A stretch of DNA of 64,000 nt, from IMG/VR virus record IMGVR_UViG_3300008261_003175; one strand, written 5' to 3'. A program made the position numbers and the translations under genes. Positions 1-9,909 of the stretch are shown here, in pieces; positions within the stretch are counted from its first letter, which is position 1; each line of letters begins with the position of its first letter. The stretch is from a virus. Below the pieces are notes generated by a model that saw only the letters and a program-made list of their open reading frames with translations, was not told the origin of the DNA and ran no database searches.

Positions 1-2
1 AT

Positions 3-287
3 GAAAGTCTTAGTGATATTCAAAAATCTATACTAAAGCAGTATATAAATAGCATATCAGATACTAAATCACTTACTCAATATTTAAATGAGAGAGTTAT
101 TGAAGTGAAAGCTGAATTGACAAAATTGTCCAAATCAACGCCTGATAAAGTTTTAAAGATAAAGTTGCAAGAAGTGTTAAAGCTTGTAAAACCTTTAGAA
201 GAAAATAAGTCTATAAAAGACGAACAAATAGTCGGTATTCTTCAGTGTTATGACTTAATTGAAGAAATAAAAAGAGCAAATGCCTAA
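3..287 (+). CDS. hypothetical phage protein, 3' part (5' end lies outside the window)
   Basis: The frame of ORF 105..287 stays open back to base 3 (ESLSDIQKSILKQYINSISDTK...); its stop overlaps the next ATG. Confidence 0.7.
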   Translation, partial: ESLSDIQKSILKQYINSISDTKSLTQYLNERVIEVKAELTKLSKSTPDKVLKIKLQEVLKLVKPLEENKSIKDEQIVGILQCYDLIEEIKRANA

Positions 288-2061
288 AAAACAAAAATAC
301 GAATTTAATCAACAATTCGCTACGCTTAGATTAAGAGAGCCTATCAATGAGGGTCGAGTGATGTTTACGATAGATGATGAGAATATAGATAGCTTATTCA
401 ATAAACAATTTGAAGCTGATGTAGACTATATCCATGATGGTCCTGACGTATACTACGTAACGGATCAAAATGATCTTGAAAGATTCGTAGATTATGTAGA
501 AAGCATGGGATTGGATGCGGATAGAATACAGATTCAACAATACATGAAAGAAGAAGGTAGTGTAACCGGAGGTGAAGCATATCTTCCTGCTATGAACGTG
601 TCATCAAAAAAACAAAACCCTTTTAAAGAAGGCGAACAAGAATATTTTATTCAAGTAGATGTGAGAGATGCTAAAAATGCGCTTGCAATTATTGATGATT
701 CTTATTCATTAAGTAACTCTATAAAAAAGAGAGGAACAGATGTTTATACAACATTTGACGTAATGGCCGCAGAAGAGTTGATAGATTCTTTAAAGCAAAA
801 TGGAATACGTAATAAAAATAATGTTGAAGGATATGTCGAAGAAGATGTTTTATCGGGTTATACTCAAGATAAAAACTTTCGTCCTGGACACACAAAAGAC
901 ACGGGTGGATTCCAATATAAAGATCTTTGGGGATTAAATGAAGCATATACTCCATCTACAACTAACGTTGAAGAGCTAGCTAGAGTAAAAGAATTATTAA
1001 CTCAAGCGCATAGAGATAACGCATACTCAGTAATGAGTTCTTATGAATTTAAAATCAATGCACTCAGATTGCTAGTATCCCTAGAGAAAAAATACGGCAA
1101 GATATTGCCTCTTTTGCCATTCGCGATGGATTTTGTTGATTATCTCGATAAATATTTCCCAGGATTTAAAGGTAAATTTGGCCCATACAATCAAAAATGG
1201 AGATCAGTCGCAGATCATATAGAAAAAACAATGCAGTCTCAACAATCAATAGATGAAGATGCATGCTGGTCTGGCTATGAAATGGTTGGAATGAAAGATA
1301 AAGGTGGTAAACAAGTTCCAAACTGCGTGCCTGTAGAAGAATCAAAGTTTATAACTTTATCAGAAATGAATAAAATTATAGATGAAGTTTTTTCGCCTGA
1401 AGACTATAAAAAAGTACTTAAAATAATCGATAAGATAAAATATACAAATACTAGACTGTATAATGCTATATTAGATATGATGGATGATATATATCCACAC
1501 GATTACGGAGAGGTCGAAGCTCAAATGGCAATGAATGAATCTATCATTCCTGATAACATCATGAGTTTCGCTAAAAGAAAAGGAGTTACTGAGATTGTAA
1601 AACAAGTATCTCGTTGGGTACAAAAAGCAGGTAAACGCATCGTAGGAGGTACTGCTATAGGAAAAAACTATAATACGTTAATACTGGACATAACTTATCA
1701 AGGTGGAGAAATACGTATTAATTTAGAAGACAGCACAATATCTGTTAACGGTGTAGATTACATATATGATTATGATGAATTTATTGATGCATTGTCAGGA
1801 GATCAAATAAATGAAAATTATTCTCGTTTTAAGAACGAAACCAAAACTCGTACAAAGCCTGAACAATTTCATCAAGCCGTTAAATCAGTTAAGCGCAAAG
1901 TAGAAGAGATTCACAAGCTCTACGAATACATGGAGAGACTAAAATTGGAATTGAGTGAAAATTCAGATGGATTAAAATATAAAAAGTATACAGAAAACGC
2001 AATACAAAAAATTAAAGAAGCTGTAAAAGCTTTACACATAAAAACTAAAAAATTAAAATAA
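280..2061 (+). CDS. putative internal head / virion protein, modular
   Basis: 593 aa, acidic, upstream of the protease; many (I/L/M/V)-x-E sites; CWSGYEMVGMKDKGGKQVPNCVP segment of a type seen in T4-like phage proteins. Confidence 0.5.
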   Translation: MPKKQKYEFNQQFATLRLREPINEGRVMFTIDDENIDSLFNKQFEADVDYIHDGPDVYYVTDQNDLERFVDYVESMGLDADRIQIQQYMKEEGSVTGGEAYLPAMNVSSKKQNPFKEGEQEYFIQVDVRDAKNALAIIDDSYSLSNSIKKRGTDVYTTFDVMAAEELIDSLKQNGIRNKNNVEGYVEEDVLSGYTQDKNFRPGHTKDTGGFQYKDLWGLNEAYTPSTTNVEELARVKELLTQAHRDNAYSVMSSYEFKINALRLLVSLEKKYGKILPLLPFAMDFVDYLDKYFPGFKGKFGPYNQKWRSVADHIEKTMQSQQSIDEDACWSGYEMVGMKDKGGKQVPNCVPVEESKFITLSEMNKIIDEVFSPEDYKKVLKIIDKIKYTNTRLYNAILDMMDDIYPHDYGEVEAQMAMNESIIPDNIMSFAKRKGVTEIVKQVSRWVQKAGKRIVGGTAIGKNYNTLILDITYQGGEIRINLEDSTISVNGVDYIYDYDEFIDALSGDQINENYSRFKNETKTRTKPEQFHQAVKSVKRKVEEIHKLYEYMERLKLELSENSDGLKYKKYTENAIQKIKEAVKALHIKTKKLK

Positions 2062-2459
2062 TGGATAATTTCAACTTTAAAAAGTATTTAACTGAAAACA
2101 ATCTTGGACCATTCTCAAAATTTCAACAACCAAACGAAGGTAAAGTAGTTGATGTTGATAAAACATTGAGAGCATTACAAGCAGCAGTAAAATCTGGCGC
2201 TATTGTGACCATCGAAGGAGAAGAGGTTTTTAAAATGCCAATGATTAATATGGCAACATTCAAAGCCGGTGGTAGAGTTTCTCTTCCAAGAGATCCTGAA
2301 GATTTGGCATTTGCGGCTAGCGAGATTTTAGTGGATGGAGAGCCGTTAGAGTTAATATACAAAGACGCTCCTACTAGTATGCCAAAAGCGCAATCAAAAC
2401 CATTCGATACGTCTGCTTATACAGATCCAGAATCAATATACTATCGCGGAGGAGATTAA
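2061..2459 (+). CDS. putative internal head protein
   Basis: 132 aa; N-terminus MDNFNFKKYLTE ends in an L-x-E protease-type site; translationally coupled (TAATG). Confidence 0.45.
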   Translation: MDNFNFKKYLTENNLGPFSKFQQPNEGKVVDVDKTLRALQAAVKSGAIVTIEGEEVFKMPMINMATFKAGGRVSLPRDPEDLAFAASEILVDGEPLELIYKDAPTSMPKAQSKPFDTSAYTDPESIYYRGGD

Positions 2460-2469
2460 TAAATAAAAG

Positions 2470-2601
2470 ATGGCAAAAGCAATTACAAGAGGCGGAACTT
2501 CAACAAAAATAACTTTCGGTAAAAGAAAAAAAGGTAAAGCGAAAAAAAGTTTTAATAAACGCGACCATAGAGAAAAAAACTACTGCGGACAAGGCAGATA
2601 A
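2470..2601 (+). CDS. small basic protein (43 aa)
   Basis: Not in the ORF track: MAKAITRGGTSTKITFGKRKKGKAKKSFNKRDHREKNYCGQGR; fills the gap after an A-rich leader. Confidence 0.7.
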   Translation: MAKAITRGGTSTKITFGKRKKGKAKKSFNKRDHREKNYCGQGR

Positions 2602-2616
2602 CACATATTTATTAGT

Positions 2617-3951
2617 ATGAAAAACATAAGCAAACAATATCAAGATCTTTTAGAAGGTAAAATTAGCAGAGACTATTTCGTTAGAAACTGTCGTCAACAA
2701 TTTCCTCAATTCGTATCTCCTGTAACATCAGTAGATGACGCTATTAAGATTCTTAAAAGCAAGAGAATCATAGCAGAATCAATCTCAGAAAATGTAGATT
2801 ATAAAGATCCGTATGTGAAAGGATATATAGATAACGAAAATGGGCGTTCTCTTGATGATTGCCCATATGACGAGCGTAGGGCTGTCGAATTATGGAAAAA
2901 TGGTTGGATGGACGCAGAAACAGAAAAGCAAATGGATCACGATGAAGAAACATATAATAGAGAGACAGGCGGATACGGAGATCTATATAAAGAATCGTTA
3001 AACGAAGCTGAAGAAAAAACTGAAGGTCGTTGGAAAGAAGCTACGGGCCAAGGGCAATACGAAAGATTTAAAGACATGGACAATGTCAATTTTACAACTT
3101 TCTTGAGAGCTGTTGCTTTTGAAGTATCTAAAGATCCTATTATTGACGATAGCGAATTACCCGCAATCATGGATAAAGTAGCGAAAGCCATGAAAAAAGA
3201 TCCAATGGCGTACAGAGATCTTGTTATCTCTAATACAGCAGATATTGCAAAGCAAGACGAAACTCTTAAAATGAGAGAAGTTAAACCTGGCAATATGGTT
3301 GACAAAGATAACGGAATGAAAGAAATAAAAGGACAACCAAAATATAAAGCAGACAGCGCGCCAAAAACAGAATACAAGAAAGGCAAACCTGCAGGAGTTA
3401 AAGAAATGGGAGTTACTCCTAAAAAAGCTCCTGGAATCAAAGACGTAATGGACATACCAGGAAAAGAAAAGGTGCTAGATCAATTAAAAGAGTCTTTAAA
3501 AAAAAGTCTAACCGAAGACACGCATTATAAATACACTCCTGGCAAAGAAGTAGAGACTCCTATGGGAACAGGAATTGTAACTGATATAGTGGGAGGAACG
3601 ATCACAGTTCAATTAAGTAATGGTCAGCCCGCTGATTTTCAAATAAACGTTTTAGATGCTATAGAAGCAAAAAAACAGAGAGACTCTCAATTTGGAGCTC
3701 TTCCAGATTTAGGAAAAATTGGTCAAAATTGGCTGAGTAGTCAAGTCAACGAGGAGGCTAAAGATAAAAAAACAGAAAAGAAAGATAAATATAGCAAATT
3801 AAAAGAGTACTTAAAGAAAGTTCTCAAAAAAGAAGCTATTAAATTTAAAGCTGGAGGAGAGACAATATTCAAAAATAATTCTGAAGCTGGATCTTATGAA
3901 ATGGACTTAAAAAAATCTGGAGTTAAATATACAAAAACAAACGTATCCTAA
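2617..3951 (+). CDS. putative head-associated / core protein
   Basis: 444 aa, charged, repeated L/I-x-E sites; coupled to the protease gene; preceded by ATATTTAT. Confidence 0.5.
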   Translation: MKNISKQYQDLLEGKISRDYFVRNCRQQFPQFVSPVTSVDDAIKILKSKRIIAESISENVDYKDPYVKGYIDNENGRSLDDCPYDERRAVELWKNGWMDAETEKQMDHDEETYNRETGGYGDLYKESLNEAEEKTEGRWKEATGQGQYERFKDMDNVNFTTFLRAVAFEVSKDPIIDDSELPAIMDKVAKAMKKDPMAYRDLVISNTADIAKQDETLKMREVKPGNMVDKDNGMKEIKGQPKYKADSAPKTEYKKGKPAGVKEMGVTPKKAPGIKDVMDIPGKEKVLDQLKESLKKSLTEDTHYKYTPGKEVETPMGTGIVTDIVGGTITVQLSNGQPADFQINVLDAIEAKKQRDSQFGALPDLGKIGQNWLSSQVNEEAKDKKTEKKDKYSKLKEYLKKVLKKEAIKFKAGGETIFKNNSEAGSYEMDLKKSGVKYTKTNVS

Positions 3952-4583
3952 TGAATAAAGATCTTTTAATAGAATACAGCGTATTCACGCCTACGAAACA
4001 CGGATTGTCTGAAGGCACAAGAAACGGCCGCGGGAATATGATTGTTTCAGGTCTTGTACAAGCGTGCGATAAGCCAAATGCTAATAGAAGAATATATCCA
4101 TACGAAACTCTAAAACAACAGGTAGAATTGTATGTAAAAGGACCCATCGCAGAAAATAGAGCGCTTGGAGAATTAGACCATCCAGAAACTTCAGTTATAA
4201 ATTTAAAGAACGTATCTCACAATATATTAAAACTTTGGTTTGACGGAAAGAATCTGTACGGAGATATAGAGATACTTCCAACCCCTTCAGGAAATATACT
4301 TAAGCAACTATTTGCTAACAATATAACAGTCGGAATCTCTTCAAGAGCTATGGGTACTGTATCTCCAATAGGAGAAGGTCTAGTTAGAGTCGAAGACGAT
4401 TTAGAATTGATTTGTTGGGATTTCGTATCTACTCCATCTACATTTGGAGCGTACGTTAGACCAGTATCAGGAATAAACGAATCTTATAATCCATCCAATC
4501 GCGCTCAAGGCAAATACGATAGAGCAAATAGAATGGTATCAGATATAATATGCAGCATGTCAGGAGTTTGCTGCATAAACTAA
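3951..4583 (+). CDS. gp21: prohead core protease (T4 gp21-like)
   Basis: Motifs NANRRIYP, ALGELDHP, VSH, VGISSRAMG, DFVSTPS. Confidence 0.93.
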   Translation: MNKDLLIEYSVFTPTKHGLSEGTRNGRGNMIVSGLVQACDKPNANRRIYPYETLKQQVELYVKGPIAENRALGELDHPETSVINLKNVSHNILKLWFDGKNLYGDIEILPTPSGNILKQLFANNITVGISSRAMGTVSPIGEGLVRVEDDLELICWDFVSTPSTFGAYVRPVSGINESYNPSNRAQGKYDRANRMVSDIICSMSGVCCIN

Positions 4584-4722
4584 TTTTTTAGTAGTTTACA
4601 CTTTTATGTAAATACTCGGTATTTATTGTTACGATGCCTCGATTTCTATTGCGAGGCTATACAACTTAATACTTATATTGCTTCCCTCTACAATAAGCAA
4701 TCAAAACAATCAAGAAAACAAA

Positions 4723-5751
4723 ATGGAAGACATGTACAAGCAGGCGATTTTAGACGCCAAAGCAGTTCGTGCTAGCGCTATGGCGAATGCCAAAGCAACA
4801 CTCCAAGAGGCTTTCGAACCAAAAATTCAAGAAATGATTCGTTTAAAACTTTCCGAGGATTTGGAAGAGGATTACGAAGAAATGGAAGAAGGTGACACTT
4901 ACGATGAAGCTTACGCCGAAAAAGTAAAAGAAGAAGGCGAAGAGCAAATGGAAGGAGATGACACCAAAATGGACGAAGCATCATTGGAAGAAATTCTCGC
5001 TGAATTAGATGAGCTTGCAAAAAGCGAAGAAGACGACAACAAGATGATGGAAGCTGAAGATGATGAAGAAGAAACAGAAGAAGACGAAGAAGAATCAGAT
5101 GATGATTCTGAAGAGTCTGACACTGAAGATTCAGAATCTACAGAAGAAACTCCTGGAGACGACACAAAGGTGATCGATATCACTCTTGGCGATCTTAAGC
5201 AAGTGCTTCAATCTATTAACGGTGGAGACTCGGGAATGGAAGACATGGGAGGAGATGAAGAATCTGAAACTGATGATGAATCAGCTGAAGACGAAGAAGA
5301 AAACATCGACTTGCAAGAAATCCTCGACAGTCTCGAAGAAGCTAAAGACAAGGACATGAAGAAAAAAGGCATGAAAGAAAAGAAAGAAGAAAAAGACGAA
5401 GCCAAAGAAAGTTTGAAAGAAGCTGTTAAGACAATTAACATCTTGCGTAAAGAACTTAACGAGGTTAATCTTTTGAACGCTAAACTTCTTTACATGAATA
5501 AAATCTTCAAGTCTAAGAATCTTAGCGAATCACAAAAAGTAAATGTAGTTTCAGCTTTGGATCGTGCAACGAATACCAAAGAGGCTAAAAATATTTACGA
5601 GACTTTGAAAGAAAACATTTCTCAAAAGAAATCTCAAATTCAAGAGTCAAGAGGCTTCGCTTCCAATCCAGCGGGCGTAGCACCTAAAAAACCTATTTTA
5701 GAATCAGATGCTTTTGTAAGCAGATGGCAGAAAATAGCTGGTATAAAATAA
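4723..5751 (+). CDS. prohead scaffold / core protein (T4 gp22-like)
   Basis: Very acidic coiled-coil protein between protease and capsid; ATG 4723 preferred over TTG 4678; C-terminus RWQKIAGIK. Confidence 0.75.
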   Translation: MEDMYKQAILDAKAVRASAMANAKATLQEAFEPKIQEMIRLKLSEDLEEDYEEMEEGDTYDEAYAEKVKEEGEEQMEGDDTKMDEASLEEILAELDELAKSEEDDNKMMEAEDDEEETEEDEEESDDDSEESDTEDSESTEETPGDDTKVIDITLGDLKQVLQSINGGDSGMEDMGGDEESETDDESAEDEEENIDLQEILDSLEEAKDKDMKKKGMKEKKEEKDEAKESLKEAVKTINILRKELNEVNLLNAKLLYMNKIFKSKNLSESQKVNVVSALDRATNTKEAKNIYETLKENISQKKSQIQESRGFASNPAGVAPKKPILESDAFVSRWQKIAGIK

Positions 5752-5781
5752 TTTTAAAAACAAAAAACAAAATTTAAAACA

Positions 5782-7482
5782 ATGGCAAATTTAGTACAAT
5801 CTCTACTAAACGAGTCTGCTCAAACAGCATTCTCTGACCAGTTTTCAGTTGCCAACAAACTTACAAAAAAGTGGGCAAAATCTGGTCTGCTTGAAGGTCT
5901 TAGCGACCACGATCGTTCGTCTATGGCGGTGATCCTTGAAAATCAAGCAAAACAATTGGTTATCGAAACTTCTCAAACCAATGCTAATTTAAATAGTGGT
6001 GGTTCAACTTTTACTGCTACTAATGGCGAACAATGGGCTGGTGTAGCTCTTCCTTTGGTGCGTAAAATATTTGGTCAAATTGCAGCGAAAGAATTCGTTT
6101 CAGTTCAACCAATGAACTTGCCTGCTGGATTGGTGTTCTTCTTGGATTTCCAATACGGTACCTCAGGTAATCCTAACTTCCCGGTAAATACGTCTATGTA
6201 CGGTGCTCAAACTACTAACTTCGGTAATGCGGCTTCTGGCGGTCTTTATGGTGGTGGTCAGTTCGGATACTCTTTGAACTTGTTTAGTGCGTCTGTGACT
6301 TCGTCAAATGCAGGTCTATTTGTGAGCACATCAGCGGCATGGTCAGATATTAACTTTGACTCAGCTCTTTCAGCATCTATAGCGACTAACTCACTTACGA
6401 AGATAGCCATACCTCAAGCAGCATTCTCAGGATCTGATGCTAATGCAGTTAGATCATTCACAATTGCTCCTGCTGCAGCAAATGCTGTTCAGTTCGGTGA
6501 TGGTGAAGTATTATCTAATTTCACTACAGTATCTGCTTCTAGCGTAGTATTTATATTGAATAGAACAGCTCCTGCAACACCAGGTCAAAATGCCAACTTC
6601 GTTTTCTATTGGAATAAATCAACTGATTTCAACACTCGCGGTGATTTTGAAGATCGTTCAGGCGCTCCTTCAGTTCCTAACGCGTATTCACCGTCTGCAA
6701 TAAGTATTCCTGAAGTTAACGTTGGTATGAGATCAGAAACCATTTCTGCAAAAACTCGTAAGTTGAAAGCACAATGGACTCCAGAATTTGCGCAAGATCT
6801 AAATGCTTACCACGCTCTTGATGCTGAAGCTGAATTGACTGGTATCCTTTCTGAGCACGTTTCTTTGGAAATTGATTTGGAAGTTATGGATATGTTGATT
6901 CAAAATGCTCCAACAACAGAATACTGGTCAGCAAGAGTGGGTGCTACTCTCACAGTTAATGCAGCGGGTACAGTAACATATAACCCAACAACATCAACAA
7001 GTGCGGCTGGACAATACTACACTCAAATGACTTGGTTCCAAACTTTGGGTATCAAGCTTCAAAAGATTTCTAACTTGATTCACCAACGTACTTTACGCGG
7101 TGGTGCTAACTTCATGGTAGTATCTCCTACAATTGCTACAATCTTGGAATCAATTCCTGGATTCGCTGCTGATACTGACGGAGCTGCTGATACAATGAAA
7201 TATGCATTCGGCGTACAGAAAATTGGTGCTTTGAATAGCCGTTACAAAGTTTACAAGAACCCATACATGACTGAAAATGTTATCTTGATGGGCTTCCGTG
7301 GAACTCAATTCTTAGAGTGTGGAGCAGTTTACGCACCATACGTTCCATTGATCATGACTCCTCTTGTGTACGATCCAAATACCTTCACTCCAAGAAAAGG
7401 TATCATGACTCGTTACGCATTGAAGATGGTTCGTCCTGAATTCTATGGTAAAGTGATTGTGGCTGATACAAACATCATCTAA
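5782..7482 (+). CDS. gp23: major capsid protein (T4 gp23-like)
   Basis: Motifs KWAKSGLLEG, VSVQPMNLPAGLVF, AKTRKLKAQWTPEFAQDL, YAPYVPL, FTPRKGIMTRY. Confidence 0.97.
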   Translation: MANLVQSLLNESAQTAFSDQFSVANKLTKKWAKSGLLEGLSDHDRSSMAVILENQAKQLVIETSQTNANLNSGGSTFTATNGEQWAGVALPLVRKIFGQIAAKEFVSVQPMNLPAGLVFFLDFQYGTSGNPNFPVNTSMYGAQTTNFGNAASGGLYGGGQFGYSLNLFSASVTSSNAGLFVSTSAAWSDINFDSALSASIATNSLTKIAIPQAAFSGSDANAVRSFTIAPAAANAVQFGDGEVLSNFTTVSASSVVFILNRTAPATPGQNANFVFYWNKSTDFNTRGDFEDRSGAPSVPNAYSPSAISIPEVNVGMRSETISAKTRKLKAQWTPEFAQDLNAYHALDAEAELTGILSEHVSLEIDLEVMDMLIQNAPTTEYWSARVGATLTVNAAGTVTYNPTTSTSAAGQYYTQMTWFQTLGIKLQKISNLIHQRTLRGGANFMVVSPTIATILESIPGFAADTDGAADTMKYAFGVQKIGALNSRYKVYKNPYMTENVILMGFRGTQFLECGAVYAPYVPLIMTPLVYDPNTFTPRKGIMTRYALKMVRPEFYGKVIVADTNII

Positions 7483-7505
7483 TTACTAAAGTAATATAGA
7501 AAATT

Positions 7506-7535
7506 AAAGGCCCAACTTCGGTTGGGTCTTTTTTT
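7506..7535 (+). terminator. intrinsic terminator after the capsid gene
   Basis: AAAGGCCCAAC-TTCG-GTTGGGTCTTT stem with cUUCGg loop and T-run. Confidence 0.9.
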
Positions 7536-7584
7536 ATTCCTGTTAGTTCGATATTTATTCTAAATAGCTCACCAAAACTAATTT

Positions 7585-8238
7585 ATGGAAAAGCCTAAGA
7601 AAGTTTTAAAAAACGAAATAAAGTACGAAATAACTTTAAATGACGAACAGAAAGAGGCAAAGAGATTAATAAGAGAGAATCAGATAGTAATAATAACAGG
7701 TCGAGCAGGTTGCGGAAAGAGTCTAGTATCTGCTCAGACTGCTCTTGATTTTCTTTTCAAGAAAGAATGCGAAAACATATTCGTCACAAGAGCGGCCGTT
7801 GAAGTGGGTCATAGTTTGGGATTTTTACCAGGTTCTTTAGACGAAAAATTTAATCCGTATTTGGAGGCTTTTCAAGAGAATCTTGTGAAGTGTTATAATA
7901 AAGAAAAAATAGAAAACCTAATATCGGATAAAAAAGTTATAGCTTTGCCAGTTCAGTTTATTAGAGGCAAAACAGTAGATGACGTCTTGGTAGTAGAAGA
8001 AGCTCAAAATCTCACTAAAGCTGAGATGCTAGCTATTCTTACACGACTTGGAAAAAATGGTAAAATAATCATAAATGGAGATAATGAGCAGAAAGACATT
8101 AAAGATCCATATAATGGACTAAGTTACGCAATAGAGCTATCAAAAAAGATCGAAGAGATTAAATGGGTCAAACTCAAACACAATCATAGATCAGATCTTG
8201 TAGGCAAGATATTAGATTACGAATATAGCGGAAAATAA
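7585..8238 (+). CDS. phoH: PhoH-family ATPase
   Basis: GRAGCGKS P-loop, LGFLPG, FIRGKT, EEAQN, TRLG, GDNEQKD, HRS. Confidence 0.95.
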   Translation: MEKPKKVLKNEIKYEITLNDEQKEAKRLIRENQIVIITGRAGCGKSLVSAQTALDFLFKKECENIFVTRAAVEVGHSLGFLPGSLDEKFNPYLEAFQENLVKCYNKEKIENLISDKKVIALPVQFIRGKTVDDVLVVEEAQNLTKAEMLAILTRLGKNGKIIINGDNEQKDIKDPYNGLSYAIELSKKIEEIKWVKLKHNHRSDLVGKILDYEYSGK

Positions 8239-8249
8239 AAAATAAATAA

Positions 8250-9416
8250 ATGGCAAATCCACAAATATATGATGGCAGTCCTATTGCGATAAGCGGAAAT
8301 ACTCCATTTGGATTGTATGACAGCGATCCTCAATTTCAAGCCAATGGTCCTAAAGTTGCTAATTTTGTAGCAAGAAAATTAGGCTATCCTGTAATGGACG
8401 TTGAATTAGACGATTTGAATATATACGCGTGTTTCGAAGAAGCAGTATCTACATATTCTGAATTACTCTATCAATTATCTATAAAAGACAACTACTTGTC
8501 TTTGATTGGAGCTTCGACAGGATCTAATTTAAACAATCAAGTAATAGTGCCCACTCTTAATAGCGTGGTCGATATGGCAGATGCTTATGGATCTCTAGCT
8601 GGAGTTGGTGGACTAACAGAGTGGTATACGGGATCTCTAATGCTAAGCGCTAGTCAACAAGTGTATGACTTGCAAAGTTGGGGAATAAGTAACGGATATA
8701 TTCAACAAGGCGATAGAATGGTCGTAAATAGAATTTTCTACGAATCTAATCCTGCTATAAATCAATATTACGATCCTTACATAGGTGGATCTATAAATTA
8801 TCAAGGCGCAACAGAAAATTTTGGTTGGGCAAGCTATTCTCCTGGATTGAATTTTACGTTGTTTCCAATTTATTGGGACATACAAAGAATTCAAGAGATC
8901 GAAATGTCAAATCAAGTTAGAAGATCAGCTTTTACTTTTGAATTAATAAATAATAAACTTAGAATATTTCCAGTACCTGAAATTGATGGCATACCACTAT
9001 TTATTCAGTATTCTAAGAAAAGCGAAATGGCTAGCGTTGCGTCGAACAGTCCCTACTCTTCAAGTACTTCGTTGGTCACTAATCCATCTAATGTTCCGTA
9101 TACCGTAATTCCGTTCGGCCAAATAAATGGGCCAGGAAAAAACTGGATATTTGAATACACCTTAGCATTATGTATGGAGTTATTGGGAATTATTAGAAAT
9201 AAATACACAACTGTGCCAATTCCCGGAGCTGAAACTACTTTAAATGGAGCTGATCTGTCTAGCGCAGGCAGAGACATGCAAACTAAATTAAAAGAAGCTT
9301 TAAAAGGAGATTTAACTGAATTGTCTAGACAAGCTCAATTAGAAAAGCAACAAAAAGAAAACGAATCTATACAAGAAACGTTGAGTAAAGTACCACTTTT
9401 AATATACATAGGATAA
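8250..9416 (+). CDS. neck / head-tail adaptor protein (gp13-like)
   Basis: ARKLGYPVMDVEL, WIFEYTLAL...IRNKY, TLNG motifs; position after the capsid gene. Confidence 0.75.
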   Translation: MANPQIYDGSPIAISGNTPFGLYDSDPQFQANGPKVANFVARKLGYPVMDVELDDLNIYACFEEAVSTYSELLYQLSIKDNYLSLIGASTGSNLNNQVIVPTLNSVVDMADAYGSLAGVGGLTEWYTGSLMLSASQQVYDLQSWGISNGYIQQGDRMVVNRIFYESNPAINQYYDPYIGGSINYQGATENFGWASYSPGLNFTLFPIYWDIQRIQEIEMSNQVRRSAFTFELINNKLRIFPVPEIDGIPLFIQYSKKSEMASVASNSPYSSSTSLVTNPSNVPYTVIPFGQINGPGKNWIFEYTLALCMELLGIIRNKYTTVPIPGAETTLNGADLSSAGRDMQTKLKEALKGDLTELSRQAQLEKQQKENESIQETLSKVPLLIYIG

Positions 9417-9417
9417 C

Positions 9418-9909
9418 ATGGCATTATTTGGATCATCAAGAGACATAACTACTTTTAAAAGTATTTCCAAAGAATTAGTTGGAGATATTATAAGTCAACA
9501 GTGCGGTTATTATAAAGCTATGTTGTCAGACACAGTTCCAAATATATACGGAGAAGCTGCTCAAAAATATTTTATTGGACCAGTATTGTTAGATTGTCTT
9601 ATAGAAAGAGGAGATTTCTCTTTTGATCGAGAGGATTTTGGACCAGATGTTAAACGTCCAGTGACTTTTAGATTTTTAAAAGAAACTATAGTTGAAGCAA
9701 ATGTGCATCCAGAACCGGGAGATATTATAATGTACAATGAAGTTTATTATCACGCTGATAATATTAACGAAAATCAATTAATACTTGGTAAAGATCCTGA
9801 TTACACATATTCTAATGGATTAGAGAATTTTGGTTCTTCTTATTCTGTTGTTATAGTGTGTCATTACACATCTCCTGACATTCTTGGCATAACTAAACAA
9901 AGAATATAA
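9418..9909 (+). CDS. head-closure / neck protein (gp14-like)
   Basis: NIYGEA and PEPGDII motifs; synteny between adaptor and tail terminator. Confidence 0.6.
   Translation: MALFGSSRDITTFKSISKELVGDIISQQCGYYKAMLSDTVPNIYGEAAQKYFIGPVLLDCLIERGDFSFDREDFGPDVKRPVTFRFLKETIVEANVHPEPGDIIMYNEVYYHADNINENQLILGKDPDYTYSNGLENFGSSYSVVIVCHYTSPDILGITKQRI

Noticed and set aside
4911-5441. GAA/GAT-rich low-complexity tract as a repeat element
   Set aside because: Explained by the Glu/Asp-rich region of the scaffold protein.
7585-8238. phoH as a novel auxiliary gene
   Set aside because: PhoH is widespread in large tailed phages; nothing unusual is seen here.
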